Source of the DNA: Fimicolochytrium jonesii
Taxonomy: Eukaryota
Reading direction: 5' to 3'
NCBI RefSeq assembly: GCF_025526975.1
Contig: NW_026515690.1
Span: 1 to 64,000 of the forward strand
DNA: 64,000 nt
The position numbers were made by a program, and so were the translations under genes. Below, piece by piece: positions 23,242 to 36,077 of this stretch; positions within the stretch are counted from its first letter, which is position 1, and the number at the start of each line of letters is the position of its first letter. The notes below the pieces were generated by a model, which had not been told where the DNA came from, made no database searches, and saw nothing but the letters and a program-made list of their open reading frames with translations.

Positions 23242-26200
23242 TCAAAGCATCGGACTCCCTCCATCCCCACTGCCCAGCATCGGGGTCTCCGGCAACGCAC
23301 TCAAATCATACAACGACGAAAGCGGCGTCCCCGAATCCATCGTCATCGCCGAATCCGGCGCAAAATCCGAGTCCATCAGCGGCAATGAACTCAATGTCGA
23401 TGTCGGGTCAGCCGCAACGGGCGGTGCGTTGTCGTCCACGTCATCCAAGTCGACGTCCCCACTTAAAAGTTTCAGGAGCTTCATCTTGATAGCTACCTTC
23501 TTCAGTTGCGCGTCGATAAGGGCTTTGACGAGTATGGAGATCTCGTCGTTCTCATATTTCGCGTAATCTTTTGCTCGTCGGCGGGCCGTGTCATGCATGC
23601 GTTGGACGGTTTTGGGGGATGGGGTATATGCATGTGAGGTGGAGGCTGGTGCGGGATTTCCTTCCACTTTTTCCACCTTGAGCACGTCTGTTCCGTTACT
23701 TTCGGCCGTCTTCACTACTTTTTCCGCTGAAATCTCCTCTCCAATTTCCCGCAGCACCATATGTGCACAGTCAGCAGCAATCCCAGGCGAAACGACGCTC
23801 GTCGTCGCAGCCAAGAACGCCATCACAGGATTCGCAGGGGTATGTTCAAAAACACGTCGCGCTTCCTCCCTTTGCTCCTCAGCGGACGCAGCCCCGCATT
23901 TAAGGAACTGTACGACGCACTCCTCCACCGGCCGTTTAAGATTCGCCGCGACGGCCGCCCACTTTGTTTCCGTGACGAGCTCGGAATGCGTGGAGAGGTG
24001 GTTGAGAAGCAGTAGGGATTCTTCCTGCGTCCAGGGCGTGCTTGGGGGATGCCGTGGGGATGGGCGATATCTCCGCCTGCCATCATCTTCTAGTCGCGCG
24101 GTGACATATGCTTCGGGTCGCCCCACGTTGTCAAACCCACCTCCGTCGAAGCAGCCATCGTCATCATCGTCTACGAGGGTGAAGTGGTCGCTGGGGAGAT
24201 CGGAGGGGAATCGGCCGGTGAGGAAGCAGTCGACGCAAAGGGTGATATGTGGTCGGGCTTTTTGAACATAATGATAGGAAGGTTTTATGGGTTCATGGCA
24301 GGTTTCGCAACGCTGATCTGATGATGCCTTCCGGGTTTCTTCATCTTCCGTTTCGACCTCAGTAGCTTTACCGGGTATCGGAAAGAAGGTGTAAACAAAA
24401 TCGGCGCTGACGCCGCCGTCAGTGTCATTGCGATCTTCTCCCCGTAGATAGCTTGCGTACACGGATCGCACGCCGGTGGGCGGCGACTCGGTCGTCTGAA
24501 GATTGATCAAACCCCAGTGTTCCAGAAACCGATGGACCGTGGACACATCTTCGATTGGTGCGGTGTGAAGGTGCCGAGCACATTCCATTATCGATAAATA
24601 TTTCGAGGGATTCCTCCGATAGGCTATGATGATGCTATTTCGAAGGTACATATATGTTGTGTCGTCACGAACGTACTTGGATGGCGATTCGGAGTCCGAG
24701 TCAAGCCCGGACTCCCGCGTAGATCGTGACCACGGTTTGCCAGAGAAAAGTTCAAACAGGTTTGTGCGTTCGACCTCATGTATCGAGTCCAGTGAGAACC
24801 ATGTGGCCTGATTGGGGTATCGCGAATCGTCAAACTCCGGTAGCGATTCTCCATTTATGTGAGGAGTCGAGTTTGCGATCGTATTTATTCGTGACACTGT
24901 AGATATACCGTTGGCGCCATCGCCCGAGGGCGTTGATGTTACGTCGACGTCCATATTAGTGAGGCTCTCGGCCTTCAAATGGGCGGGGTCTTGATCTGAT
25001 TCCTCCACGTCCCCGTTGGCTGTTTGCGTTGGTTGTTCCTCCTCTTTCACCTCTTCCTCCACCCAAAACGACCATCGCTCCGCTTCTGAGAAATTGCCTT
25101 CGATCGACTGAGCAGTTCCACGCAACATCGGCATACACATGGTGTGCGATATGTTGTGTATCACACCTCCCACGTGTGGCCGATACTCGTACTTCTTCGC
25201 CCTGACCCCTTTCTGGTCCAGATCAAGTACATGCACATGTGGCACGGGAGCCGGCCCGAGATTCGTTCGCCATTCCGACCCCGTCACAGACATGAGATCG
25301 TCATCCTCATCAATATCGACCAAGTCTCCACCTATAGTGCTGGCGGCCGGTTCGGGGCTCCCAAGATAGGATCTCGATTTGAAGCTTTTGATGTCCTCAT
25401 CAACGTCTTCTGATGCGTAGTCGTCGTTCCCATCCTCAGCTTCCCCGTCTACAGACTCCCCAGATAGATCATCTGCACCGGCGACGGGCTCATCCGCGGG
25501 CTCAGGATGCTCCGCTTCGTAGTCTTCTTCATTCTGGAGAGAGGCCGGGGACCGGCACGTTGAGAAACTGGAAACGTGATTGCAGAAGCATTGGTATATA
25601 ATGACTCACCATCCACTCATTGTTTTCGTAGCTATCTCGTAACCATCGAACGGAAAGATGCCATGGCCCTTCGTGTTGTGGTGCTGGCTGCGCTTTCGGT
25701 CGTCAACACATGAAGAGCGCTGAAGGATCTCCGCAACGTGAGCCACTCACCTCTGGTTCTAGGTACTCTCCAGTGTCTGGAACCCAAACATCTGCAGAAT
25801 CTGGCTTATACCTGTTGTGCAGCAACTATGTTACAATCCATGTGTCGGATCACAAACTTATAGGTCCATCGCTGGCTTCCAGAGAGCCATCAGACATCCA
25901 GCCGTACCAGTAATGGAGGAGGACGTGATCGTTCCGTTTGTCAAGGGTTCGGTACCATTCTTGCTCGGTGCTGTGTTGACTGCTTTGTCCACCCTCGTGC
26001 TCTCCAGCGTGCTGAAGTATATGAGTGACCTTGGAGGTCAGATGTGGTACCACTTTGGCTGGTGGGAAAATGTCAGATCGCCGGTCATATACTGTGCTCT
26101 TGCGCAAGGGGAATTCCAACCTTTGAGCGCGACAGCCAGCTCTTGAAGTTCAGCTCTTTCCTCGTCCTCTATTTTGCTGCTGAACGCAATAACTGGGTCT

Positions 26201-26625
26201 TTGAGCCACCCTTCCTTCCGCAGGGCGTCTACAATTGCAGCTATACAGCCCAGATGCAAGGCTTTTTTTGCCACGTTATCAAAGTCCCATTTCTTCATCT
26301 CGTGATCATGTTTGAAGTCATAAGCCGTCCTCAGCATCAGATAGAGGGGCCCGTCCGCAGCGTAGTTCTTGAACAAGCGAGCAGGAATCCGTGGGAAAAC
26401 AGCTGCATCTTGGCCAGCAGCCCCGAGGGGCGGGGCCCGGCCGAGATGTGCCCGTTGGAACTGCTGCAGCTTGTTCACGCATTTAGCGAGGTCCTTTGTA
26501 GCGGGGGTGATGGACTGCCTGAGGACCTTTGCGAGTTGGGAGTGGATGCGGTCGAATAGCGAGTGGGTTGAAGCTTTGAAAGAAGCTCTGCTGCTGCTGC
26601 TTGAAGAAGTCTTTGTTGAAGCCAT
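23242..26625 (-). CDS. SWI/SNF subunit SMARCC/Swi3/Rsc8 family (N-terminal MarR-like/BRCT/chromo module, SWIRM, ZZ, SANT, coiled coil)
   Basis: SWIRM (WFSLDSIHEVER..., YMYLRN..., HRFLEHWGLIN), ZZ (CETC...LCVDCF..GRFP), SANT (WTQEE.LLLL) and NPVM. N-terminal exons read LQQFQ...LG, EWYRTL....VLLHYWYKPDS.D.W and PWHLSVRWLRDS..NNEWMNEEDYE. Confidence 0.9.
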
Positions 26626-27150
26626 GCTCCCTTTCGGCCCGCACACACAGGTCCGTATTGCTTGTCCGTGTCGCGAGAGGGCCCTCTCAGTCCAGTCCCC
26701 ACTGACTGACTGAGGGCGAGACCATAATGGCCGCGCATATGTATGCACAAGCCATCCTGCGCCTCTGCTGCGCCACGGGTTGGATTGAGTCAAGGACTTC
26801 GCGGTTCGCAGCTTCGTAAGGAGTCGTAAGGTGCATCCTGGGAAAGTCACTGAATCCAGCGACCATCTCTTGCGCGATTTTACCAATTTCCCACGCTGGA
26901 TCCACAACGCCTTTCCACTGTGAGGGGCCTTATCTCTCTGTCCTGTATATTGGCAGTGAGCGCTGCACTATTTTTTGATACACTTTGGCTGGTCGGTCTC
27001 GCTGGGCTTTGGAACAAAAAAGGGGAGCTTGGTCCCCTTCCTTCCTGCCTTGTCGAGATCGGCGCCACAAACCACATACACTGCGCTTCGTTGGTAGCCA
27101 GAGGGCTCAGCGTCGCGTTCGCTCTTATACGAAGAGCCGTTTTGGTCGCT

Positions 27151-29330
27151 ATGGAAAATAGCAAGATGGCTCTTGCAGCGCCTGAGGTAGTCTCCCATCC
27201 AAAAAAATCCCATCTTAAAACCTCTCTACAAAGTTCTGACACAAACCCTTCTTGCACCGAATCTCCTGCGGCATCGTCACATTCTTGCGATTCATGCAAC
27301 TCTTCCAGTTCGCCGCCGAATAACACGGATGAGACTACCGGAAGCGATCACTATGACGAGTCCGCAGAGTCCGGGACTGATTCTGAGTCTTATGCGAACG
27401 TGACGGCGGCCCAAACGGTTCAATCGGTCGATTGGGCGACAAATGCCAGCCCAAGGCAGTTGAGGACGCCGGTAAGTGCCTGCTACTCGCCAGTTCTATC
27501 AAAGCCTGAAGGGGCCTGGTCATCCCTGTTTTCCTGGGAGGATAAGTTCTTTTCTGACTCGCTTTCTGCCGGTTCTCACATTTACAGTCTCCGGCCATTT
27601 ACTACCCGGAAGCGGTGTCCTGTAACTCATCACTGCCCATGAACGATGGTGCGCCGCGGTCACAAGAACAGAATGGGAAGCAGACCTCGCCAACTGCTAC
27701 TTCCATGCCCAGTCCGAACCGAAGTTCAACATTTTATACCTCTGAAGACGCAAACATACCATCGTCCCGGACCTTTTTGCCATCGCCCGATCGCACCGTA
27801 CCGCCTTCGGTGGCATCAAGTCCTCAGTACATCGAAGACTTCATAATGGCCGAGTTCAAAACTCCGGAAAGTGACGCTGCGCCGCTAAATGTGGATCTCC
27901 TTGATCTGGTGACCGTATGTCAACCAACCGAAGTCAACCCATACTCGGAAACAGCCGAGCGGCCAGATCCCGACAACCAACTGATCTCACAGTTCTCCAT
28001 GCTGGATCCCCAGCAAACTACAGAAGCGCTCGACTATCTGCAGTCGCTTTGGCTCGTTGAGACCTCCGATAACGCCCAATCATTCGAGGTAGCAGGTTCT
28101 TCTGCAGGAAATGGCTCGCGAGATTCTCCTGAGGGACCGAGTTCAGTCGACCTAGACGGAGTTTTGGCGGATCTGAACCCCTTTTTTGAAGAAGATGCAA
28201 TGGCTACCGACCCCGACCCAAATCATTTATCCATGGCAGATGGCTGGCCTTGTGGTCAAGAAAGTCCTAGCTCGGAGTCTCGAACACGATCGACATATAT
28301 GCACTCCCCTTCAGGGTCTACCTCGACGTACCCAGATTCGCCTGGGCAAACAGCGGCGTGCGCCTCAGCATCGTCTCCGCTTGGACCGCCCACACCCACG
28401 CCACCGACGAGCATGTCGATTATTTCTGACGATGAGTTGTCGGCCCTTTTCTCAGACAACGATCCTCTCTTTGAACCTTCCGTGTCGATGCCGTCTCCTC
28501 CGTCGGCCGCGCCCCGCCCTCCGGTTGGACAAGCTTATGATGTAGCTGGAAGAGTCTCGGGTTCCGTCCGCCCAAGTCACCCGACTTCGGTGATACCATT
28601 GTCGTCGTCAAATGGGCCGGCTTCCAATCCGACTTTCAACCCGTCGCCCTCCGCAAGAATCGGTATTCCCATGTCCGGTTCACTTGACGCGACCGCCTAT
28701 TTGAACCAAAGCACAACGGTTCCCTCAAGCCCGTCTGTCGCATCTGCCGCATCTGTGCGGCTTCATCCGTATGCCCAAACCTTTGGCCAAGATCGCCGCG
28801 GAAGAGTCCGTATCCACCCTGAAATCACGAGATTGTTTTACCACCGCTTAAGGACGGCCGTGGTCGACCCTGATACTGGCCGAGTCTGTTGCCCGTACCC
28901 TACCTGCGACTCCACATTCAAAAATGTGCATTGTTTGCGAAGCCACTACAAAGCTCAGCATTTGGAGGTTCCCCCTGTGCTGGCCTGTACGAAATGCCCT
29001 GCCACGTTCACACTGATTGCGGGATTGCAGCGTCACGTTGAGAATGTACACCCCTCCCCTGACGTGGTCCAACTGGCGGCTCAATGCAAGATGTTATTCA
29101 ACAGACTGACGCAGCTGAACGCGAGCAAACGAACCAGGGAGCTTGTAAGTCACACGGGACGACCGGACATGAGATTGGCTACGCCTTCAAGTAGACCCCC
29201 TTTGGCAGCTCCACTTATACCCGATGCCCAAATGCACAACACGGCTGTCGTGCCTCAGCGACACGATAATCCCCTGTCGATTAGTTCGAACAGAACTACC
29301 AGACCGCTGATACAGCTTGCCCCACGTTAG
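27151..29330 (+). CDS. C2H2 zinc-finger transcription factor (intron from about 27472; both ends approximate)
   Basis: Two fingers, CPYPTCDSTFKNVHCLRSHYKAQH and CTKCPATFTLIAGLQRHVENVH, after an acidic and S/P-rich region. Confidence 0.75.
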
Positions 29331-29592
29331 AGCAGATCGCTTCTGTATCCGATGTAGTTGTCATCCCTGTTCCCGGCGGAGGTGCTGTCTCACTGCTGTA
29401 TATATTTGGATTTTTCTTGTATATAAAAGATCTTCGAGCCTTGAACCTTAGGCCCGCTAACCATGGACACTCTATGCTGGGTGGCCTAAGCCTTCCGCGC
29501 TACTACGCCATGGGTTACCGCTTTTGGGAGTTTCACTGTAGATATACAGTACTGTACGTGACTTTCTTGACGGAACCGGGCGATGAACATCC

Positions 29593-29730
29593 AACCTACA
29601 ACATGCCTTGGGGCGCTCTATACTGGTCCGAAGCCCCACGTCTCCCGACTTGACAAACAGGGCAGAGAAAACCAAACCTACGACATGCCTTGGGGCGCTC
29701 TGGTCCGAGCCCCACGTCTCCCGACTTGAC
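29593..29730. repeat. Imperfect direct repeat of about 60 bp, two copies (29593-29654 and 29675-29730)
   Basis: AACCTAC(A/G)ACATGCCTTGGGGCGCTCT...GGTCCGA.GCCCCACGTCTCCCGACTTGAC occurs twice. Confidence 0.9.
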
Positions 29731-29896
29731 TCCAACTTGACTGAAGTTGACGCGTTGTAGTCAAACTTTTCGCGTCGTAGCCGGCTACGTAACATTCTAA
29801 CAGACACAACGACCGACCACAACCAAAAAAAAGCTCAACTTTGCAAAAATTGTAGACTGTCCGGCCTACTACACAAACAGACACCTAGAAAAACTT

Positions 29897-29979
29897 TGAC
29901 GAGAGTGGGATTTGAACCCACGCCTCCGGAGAGATCAGGGCCTTAACCTGACGCCTTAGACCAACTCGGCCATCTCGCC
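29897..29979 (-). tRNA. tRNA-Leu(AAG)
   Basis: GGCGAGATGGCCGAGTTGGTCTAAGGCGTCAGG-TTAAGGC-CCTGATCTCTCCGGAGGCGTGGGTTCAAATCCCACTCTCGTCA: cloverleaf, long variable arm, A and B boxes, downstream T5. Confidence 0.96.
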
Positions 29980-30119
29980 TTGATGAAATACCTAATCCAA
30001 CAATCAAATTGCACCCTTTTTATGGCAAGTCCCCGAGCCTAATGCTTTAGATAAGGCGGCCATTATAGTCTATATTCCTGGATGTGGCAACACCCGCCTG
30101 ATTCGTGTTTGAACGTTGA

Positions 30120-31606
30120 CCTACAAGGTCCGGCGGGCAGAGCGCTTGAGACTTCGTCCGACGTTCTCTATCGCGATGCTTGTTCGTCGTGTGGCGCTGT
30201 AGATTGCGACGCAAACTCTGCTTCTGGCATTCCCACCTGGTCCGAAGCTTTTTGTCCCGCTATGGGACTCACAAAAAATCAAAAGGCAACGGCAGTGATC
30301 GAACACGGGGTGCCCTTCTAAGTCGTGTCATCCCCCGGGCTGTCCGCAAAGGCGCAGAAGGACGTGCTCCACGGAGACTTACTCGTTCAATGTCCAGTTT
30401 TTGGTGCTTTGCGGAGATGCGCTGGAGGCGGAGGCGGACGGTCAGATGATTGCGGCGGTGTCCGCTGTTGCACTTGCAGCCTTGGCAGCGTCGGCGGCAT
30501 CGTTCATATCGGTGCCTAGGTTGGCTGCCGGAGACGCTGCCGAGATTGCATCAACAGACGACACCGGCGCTCGGCGTTGTCGACAGATGCGCCCCATGGG
30601 AGTCTGTGGCAAGGGAACGACCGGCTTGGCAGGCTTACATGTGGCCGGGCCATGGGATCATTGTCTCCCGTCGCCGCCTAGCGTCTCCGCCGCCACAGCC
30701 TTCGTCACCGCAGGCTTCGCTCTCTTACCGCCTCTTTGGCCGTGCCTTCGGCGAAGCAGCATGCTGGAGCATGCTTGCTTCGTTTGCGCGCCTTGATCTT
30801 CTTCTCAACCTCCGCACCTTCTGCCGTTGTGGTCTAGCTGCCAAGCCTTGCAGGCATGCATTGGCGTCATGAAACTCCTTCCATGACTGGCGGCGTCCCG
30901 GCTACCCTTCTCAGGGACGTGAGCCTCCGCTGGAGATGAGAGTGGGATTCCTTGAGCTTCCTCTGTCTGCGCGAGCAACCGATGGCTTCCTGACAGGCAT
31001 GCATATCTTTGTACCCTCAATGGGCATGGGCACACCCAGCCTTGCTCACCGAGTCTTCGACCGCTCACTAACCTCAGCGAAGAGGATGTGCCGAGTTGAT
31101 CAATGGCCGCGTTTTTAGCACTTCGATGTTGCTAAAGCGCCGGGCTCCTGCTCCCTCTTCAATCCATCCCTTGCATAAGCCCGCAGAGGAAACTCCTGGG
31201 GATTCGTGGAAAGATGTGCCCGGCAAGGGCAGCACAGTGCCTAGGCTTGCTCAGAGAGCTGGTCTAGACCTCCGCGTCGTTCAAGAGGCAAAGGTCCTCC
31301 ATCTGCCATATTGCCGTCCTGGGTCCATCCGGCACTAATCCAACTGAAGCTCGTAGGTGGAGGATGTTGGCCGAACCTGCTGAAGAAGAATGCCCAAGAG
31401 AGTATACGGACGTTTGGAGGAAGCGGAAAACAGGTTTTCCCACGTACCTAGCGCCTTTTCTCCCGATGAAGTACGCCGTCATTATTGTCAACTTCCCCAC
31501 CTCCAATGCCGATCACCGCGGCGGCTGCCTGATTTCAGTTTCAATGAATGTTTTTCGGACCTGACGTCTTGAAGGCGTTGCCTGACACGGACTCATACTT
31601 GGCCAT
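30120..31606 (-). pseudogene. Possible decayed gene remnant
   Basis: GC-rich, coding-like Ala/Pro/Lys fragments on the minus strand interrupted by stops and frameshifts; no identifiable domain. Confidence 0.25.
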
Positions 31607-31662
31607 CTTCTCTCAGCCCAACCGGAACCTGAACATGAATCTAAAAGTTGGAAAAAAAAAGG

Positions 31663-31712
31663 ACGCGTAGATTCTCGGACGACGCGTCTGCTGATGTAAT
31701 CGCCTGACGCGT
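31663..31712. promoter_or_regulatory. Cluster of three ACGCGT (MCB-like) elements upstream of the kinase gene
   Basis: ACGCGT at 31663, 31682 and 31707, next to a poly(A) tract and 200-250 bp before ATG 31919. Confidence 0.5.
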
Positions 31713-31918
31713 TGGGTTAAAAGGAGCGAAGGGACTTGGTTGTTGCGGATCTTCTTAACATATCCCGAAATAGCCATCGCTATAGACCTTAAACACTGGT
31801 TGTCTTACCAGAAGTTAAATGAGCTAGCCGGTGCACTTTACCATATGCTCAAGGTTGACCCAGCGTTCACCCAGGAATTTCGTCTGCTCTCAGATTTCAC
31901 CAATCACCGCTATACAGG

Positions 31919-34173
31919 ATGCCACCAAAACAGGATGCGCTAGCCGTGAATACCACCCGCGCACGACCCCGCTCCGCCTCTCCCCGCTCAGGTCTGGGCA
32001 GCGCAAGCCATCGTCGTCTGACGGAGCTCATCCCACAAGCGTTTTCCAAAAACACCGAGGAGAGAGGCAGCGAGCGAATGCTAGGCGAGGTCCTCGAACA
32101 ACTGTCGCCTGTCCTCGCACCGTCCTCCGGCCCATCTTCACCATCCCGAAGCAACACCCCAGTTCTGAAGAGCAGGAGCAGCGAGGAATGGGATGCGGCG
32201 TTGGGGGAGTACCGCATCCTGAGAACCATTGGAGAAGGCAGTTTTGGGAAAGTGAAGCTTGGTATCCACCGCGCGACGGGTGCATATGTCGCCATCAAAG
32301 TACTGCCGAATCTGTCTGTTCCCGGTGCATCCGCCAGCTCCAAGCCGCTATCGCAACAGGAACGAGACGCCAACACTCCGACGGAGACTGACCGCATCCT
32401 CCGCGAAATCCTGATCTTGTCGCATTTATCGCATCCGAATATATCGCGCTTGCTGCAGGTCGTTGCGGCGCCGGATGCGATCTTTCTGGTGCTGGAGTAT
32501 GAGAGCGGAGGCGAGCTGTTCGATTATATCTGCAAGCAACCATCGGGGCGTTTACAGGAGACGGAAGCTCGGGGTTTCTTTAGGGAGTTATTGGGTGCGA
32601 TACAGTATTGCCATGCAAACGGGATCGTACATAGGGATTTGAAGCCGGAAAACAGTAAGCTTTGTCACACATCATATGTAGTCGCAGCCGTTCAACACCA
32701 AAGCATTCTTTTGTAGTGCTATTATCGGAATCAGGGCATCTAAAACTGATAGACTATGGATTCACAAACGTCATCCGCCCCGATGGCCTATTGGAAACAT
32801 TCTGCGGCTCCGTCTCCTACGCTGCGCCGGAGATGATCGCGCGAAAAAAATACACCGGCGCGGAGGCAGACGTCTGGTCTCTGGGGGTGATTCTATATGT
32901 GATGGTGTGCGGGGTAATGCCGTTCGACGACCGGCATATGGGAAGGATGTTTACGGCCATCATGAGTGGGAAATACAGAGCGCCCGAGGGGATCAGTGAA
33001 GGTAGTGTTGGTGCATCGCTTACGTTTTCACTGGGACCTATATGACTAAACATACGGCTTTTTCCAGAATGCAAAGATGTGATCAAAAAGATCCTGCAAG
33101 TGAAGCCCGCAGACCGGGCGACTCTCGCTGCTATTCGGGACCATCCCTGGACCACTGCGGACGGAACACTCCCGCCTATCCACTTCTACGCACCCCAGAC
33201 CGCGAAAGGCGAGATTGGACCATACCAGTTCGAACAGAACTTGGATGCGAGTGTTATGCAGGAAATGGAGAAGTTGGGATACGAGGAGGAAGATGTGAGG
33301 GATGCGGTGGACAGTGGCGAGCCCGGCAGCATCTATGCGTGTTATTGGCTTTTGAAGCAACTGAATGCACGGGAAGGAACGAATGCAAAGCAGCAACAGA
33401 GCGCTGGCGTGAAAGGGGCGACGTCGCAAAATCAGATACCGGACGGAGAGGCCAATAGGCCTCTGCAGCTCGTGATTCCTGAGAGTCATAGTCCAACGTT
33501 CGCAATGACCCCGACGGCAGATGGCGCGTTGAAGGATGGCGGTCAGCGCCTCGAGTCTGCCGTACCCAATCCCTTCACCCCACGTACGGCGCAAGCCTTC
33601 TCCCTTTCCCCAGCAGAGGCCCTCTTCTCCCCTCCTTCCGCCGCCCCTACAACCTTCACAACCTCCTTTCAATCCTCCCTTCTCCCTCGCGCTGCCAAAT
33701 ACAACTACGACTCCCATCACGGTGGTGCTCCGTCCACGACCTCGTCCTCGTTGCTGTCACGGATACGGCAGCAGCCGCACGTCCAGCCACCCTCACGCAC
33801 GACGCAGTCCCCAAGCGTCAGGGCCTCCGAGCCGCGGACCCTCCTCCTCCCAATCCGCATCCTCACGCAACTACGCAACAACCCCGCGATCACCATCGAC
33901 CGACGATCGCCTACGGTGTATACCTGCACCGTTTCCCCAACGAATCAGAAGAGGGCGTCGGTGGGCAGCCCGCTGGATGCCGCGACGCCGGAGTTGGCGA
34001 TGGATATGATTTTGGGCAATCTGGTGGCGGACGAGCTTGCAAAGGAAGACGCGGGGAGGAGGTTCGATGTGGAGATTGTCGACGAGCAGTGGTTGAAATG
34101 TAGGGAGGATAGTGGGGACTTGGACGGGAGAGGAGACTTTGAGGCGTTTTTGAATCTCTTGGTCGAGACATAG
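31919..34173 (+). CDS. AMPK/SNF1-MARK-related Ser/Thr kinase with UBA-like region (3 exons)
   Basis: GEGSFGKV, VAIK, HRDLKPEN, DYG, TFCGS..YAAPE, DVWSLGVILY; helical segment VMQEMEKLGY....V.....A.YWLL. Confidence 0.92.
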
Positions 34174-34210
34174 CGGACTTCCAAAAAAGAGATACTGCTG
34201 GTTTCTTCGG

Positions 34211-35150
34211 CTAGGACACAGTTGGTATCGGTTGACCATCTTCTTGATCAAATTTCCGCCGTTTGGGGCAATGATTGGCGTAATGGCCTTTGTCACCACA
34301 CTACGAACCAGATAGCAAGGAAATTAGACTTATTTATACTTTCCCTTACGTTCCACCCGCCGGCCATGCAGCACATACCTTGAAACAAGTGACCTGATCC
34401 AGCGGCCGGAACGGGCGGTTGCCATCAGCGGCGAGCGTCTGGTTCATCTGCTGCGTCTGCTCCGTTTGGGCTCCCGCGCCAGCGCTGTTGTAGTTGGGAG
34501 GGTCAAATTTCGGATGACCGAGGTTGCATTCTGGGCCCCTCGGACAGAATCCGGTTAAGTAGTTTTGACATATGGCTTTCCGTACATGTTTCCCTTTGCA
34601 AGCAGGTCCTAAAATGCATATCCGAACCCAGTCAGATCCGTCCCAAACGTCATGTGATCTGATATCGAACCATACCTAGTTTGCAGAAACCCGACACATA
34701 GAACGGACAGTCCTTCAACTTTGTCTTTGGGTCGATGTGAAGGTACATGCATTCCGGATTGCTGCATTCACCATATTTGGCGTAAAACCAGCATTCCGGC
34801 ATTTTTTTCAAATTGTACTCGTGCAGAAACTCACACAAATCCCCCTTCTTGCACAACCCCCGGAGCCAATGCTTGCACACGACCGTCTTTTCATTCCGCG
34901 AATGACGAAACTGGCATCCGGCGCCCTTGTGGCAGTGGCCCTTTGTGAAGTACTTGCAGATATCGGAGGAGGAAGAGGCTTTGTCGCGCGAAACGTCGAG
35001 GTTGAGATCAGATTTGAGAAAGGGTTCGAAATCGAAAACGATGTCTGCGGGGAGGTTGACAAAAGCGGTGAAGGGCAGCGGGTTGATGTCCTTTGGGGGG
35101 ATCACTGCCGGGCCCGCCGGGTCGGACTCGATGCTTGCCGTTGCTGCCAT
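34211..35150 (-). CDS. YTH1: Cleavage and polyadenylation factor CPSF30/Yth1 (5 CCCH fingers plus CCHC knuckle; 3 exons)
   Basis: VCKHWLRGLCKKGDLCEFLHEYNLKKMPEC; last exons give VTCFK|CGDKGHYANHC; stop at 34211-34213. Confidence 0.95.
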
Positions 35151-35527
35151 GTTGGACAAAATTCTGCCACCTTCGCCGACGGAGGGGCCGGGTCGAAACA
35201 ATTCGCAAGCAGAACAGTAAACCTGACAGTAAACTACGCTGCAAAGAAGAGGACGCTAAGCACTGAGAATCGTACTGTCTGCGACTCCGTCTGCTTGCAT
35301 TTTTATGCGACTAGCGCTGGAATAGATCCGTTGTCAAAGAGGTGCGACCGACATCAAAGACGAATCAGTCACCGTCCAGTACAAATATAAGCGGAACTTG
35401 CCCGCCTGTCTGCCGTTCTGGGCCTTCCCCCAAAGCGTGCGGGGGTTGCGTGTAGAAACAAGGCTGGCCTGGGCGGCGTTGCCACTTCCATGTCCAGAAA
35501 AGACTTCAGACGCGCGGCCCACTAACT

Positions 35528-35754
35528 GGCAATCACTGCAACACCTGTACTGATGGCCAATCTGACCTCGACGCATTCACTGTGTTGAATCAGGTAACAA
35601 CCGCAATTCCTCACCGTTCCCATTCATTACCACAGCACTGACGTGAGTTCTTTGACACACAGCTATCACGGCAATCACCTGCAACACCTGTACACACACC
35701 AGTTATCTCGGGTGGGCAATCTGACCTCAACGCATCCACTGTGGTTGAATCAGG
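35528..35754. repeat. Imperfect direct repeat (35528-35595 and 35670-35754)
   Basis: GGCAATCAC(C)TGCAACACCTGTAC...CAATCTGACCTC(G/A)ACGCAT(T/C)CACTGTG(G)TTGAATCAGGT occurs twice. Confidence 0.85.
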
Positions 35755-36016
35755 TTGTTCTGCTAGAGTGGTCCTCAACCGACATCATCTCTAGCAGGCA
35801 CGCAAAAGCCACACGCCCAGATCGGTACCCACTCATCAACATCAACACTTGACCATTCTACCGTCACGATGGCGTTCCAGTCAGAATGAGGTTGTCTGCA
35901 GCGAGTGTGTAACCGCACAGAAAGGTATCTTTTGCCACTATTACATGAATGTGTGGGGACTCAGTCACTCACATCAAACCTTCTCGGAATTGCCACATCG
36001 CTGTGGTCTGAAAGCG

Positions 36017-36077
36017 CTTGTGCCTCGAAACAGCCCTTGTGCCTCGAAACGGCCCTTGTGCCTGGGAGCGGCCCTTG
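36017..36077. repeat. 19-bp minisatellite, about 3.2 copies
   Basis: CTTGTGCCTCGAAACAGCC, CTTGTGCCTCGAAACGGCC, CTTGTGCCTGGGAGCGGCC, CTTG. Confidence 0.9.

Noticed and set aside
36017..36077. CRISPR-like array
   Set aside because: The repeats are head-to-tail with no unique spacers, the context is eukaryotic and there are no cas genes.
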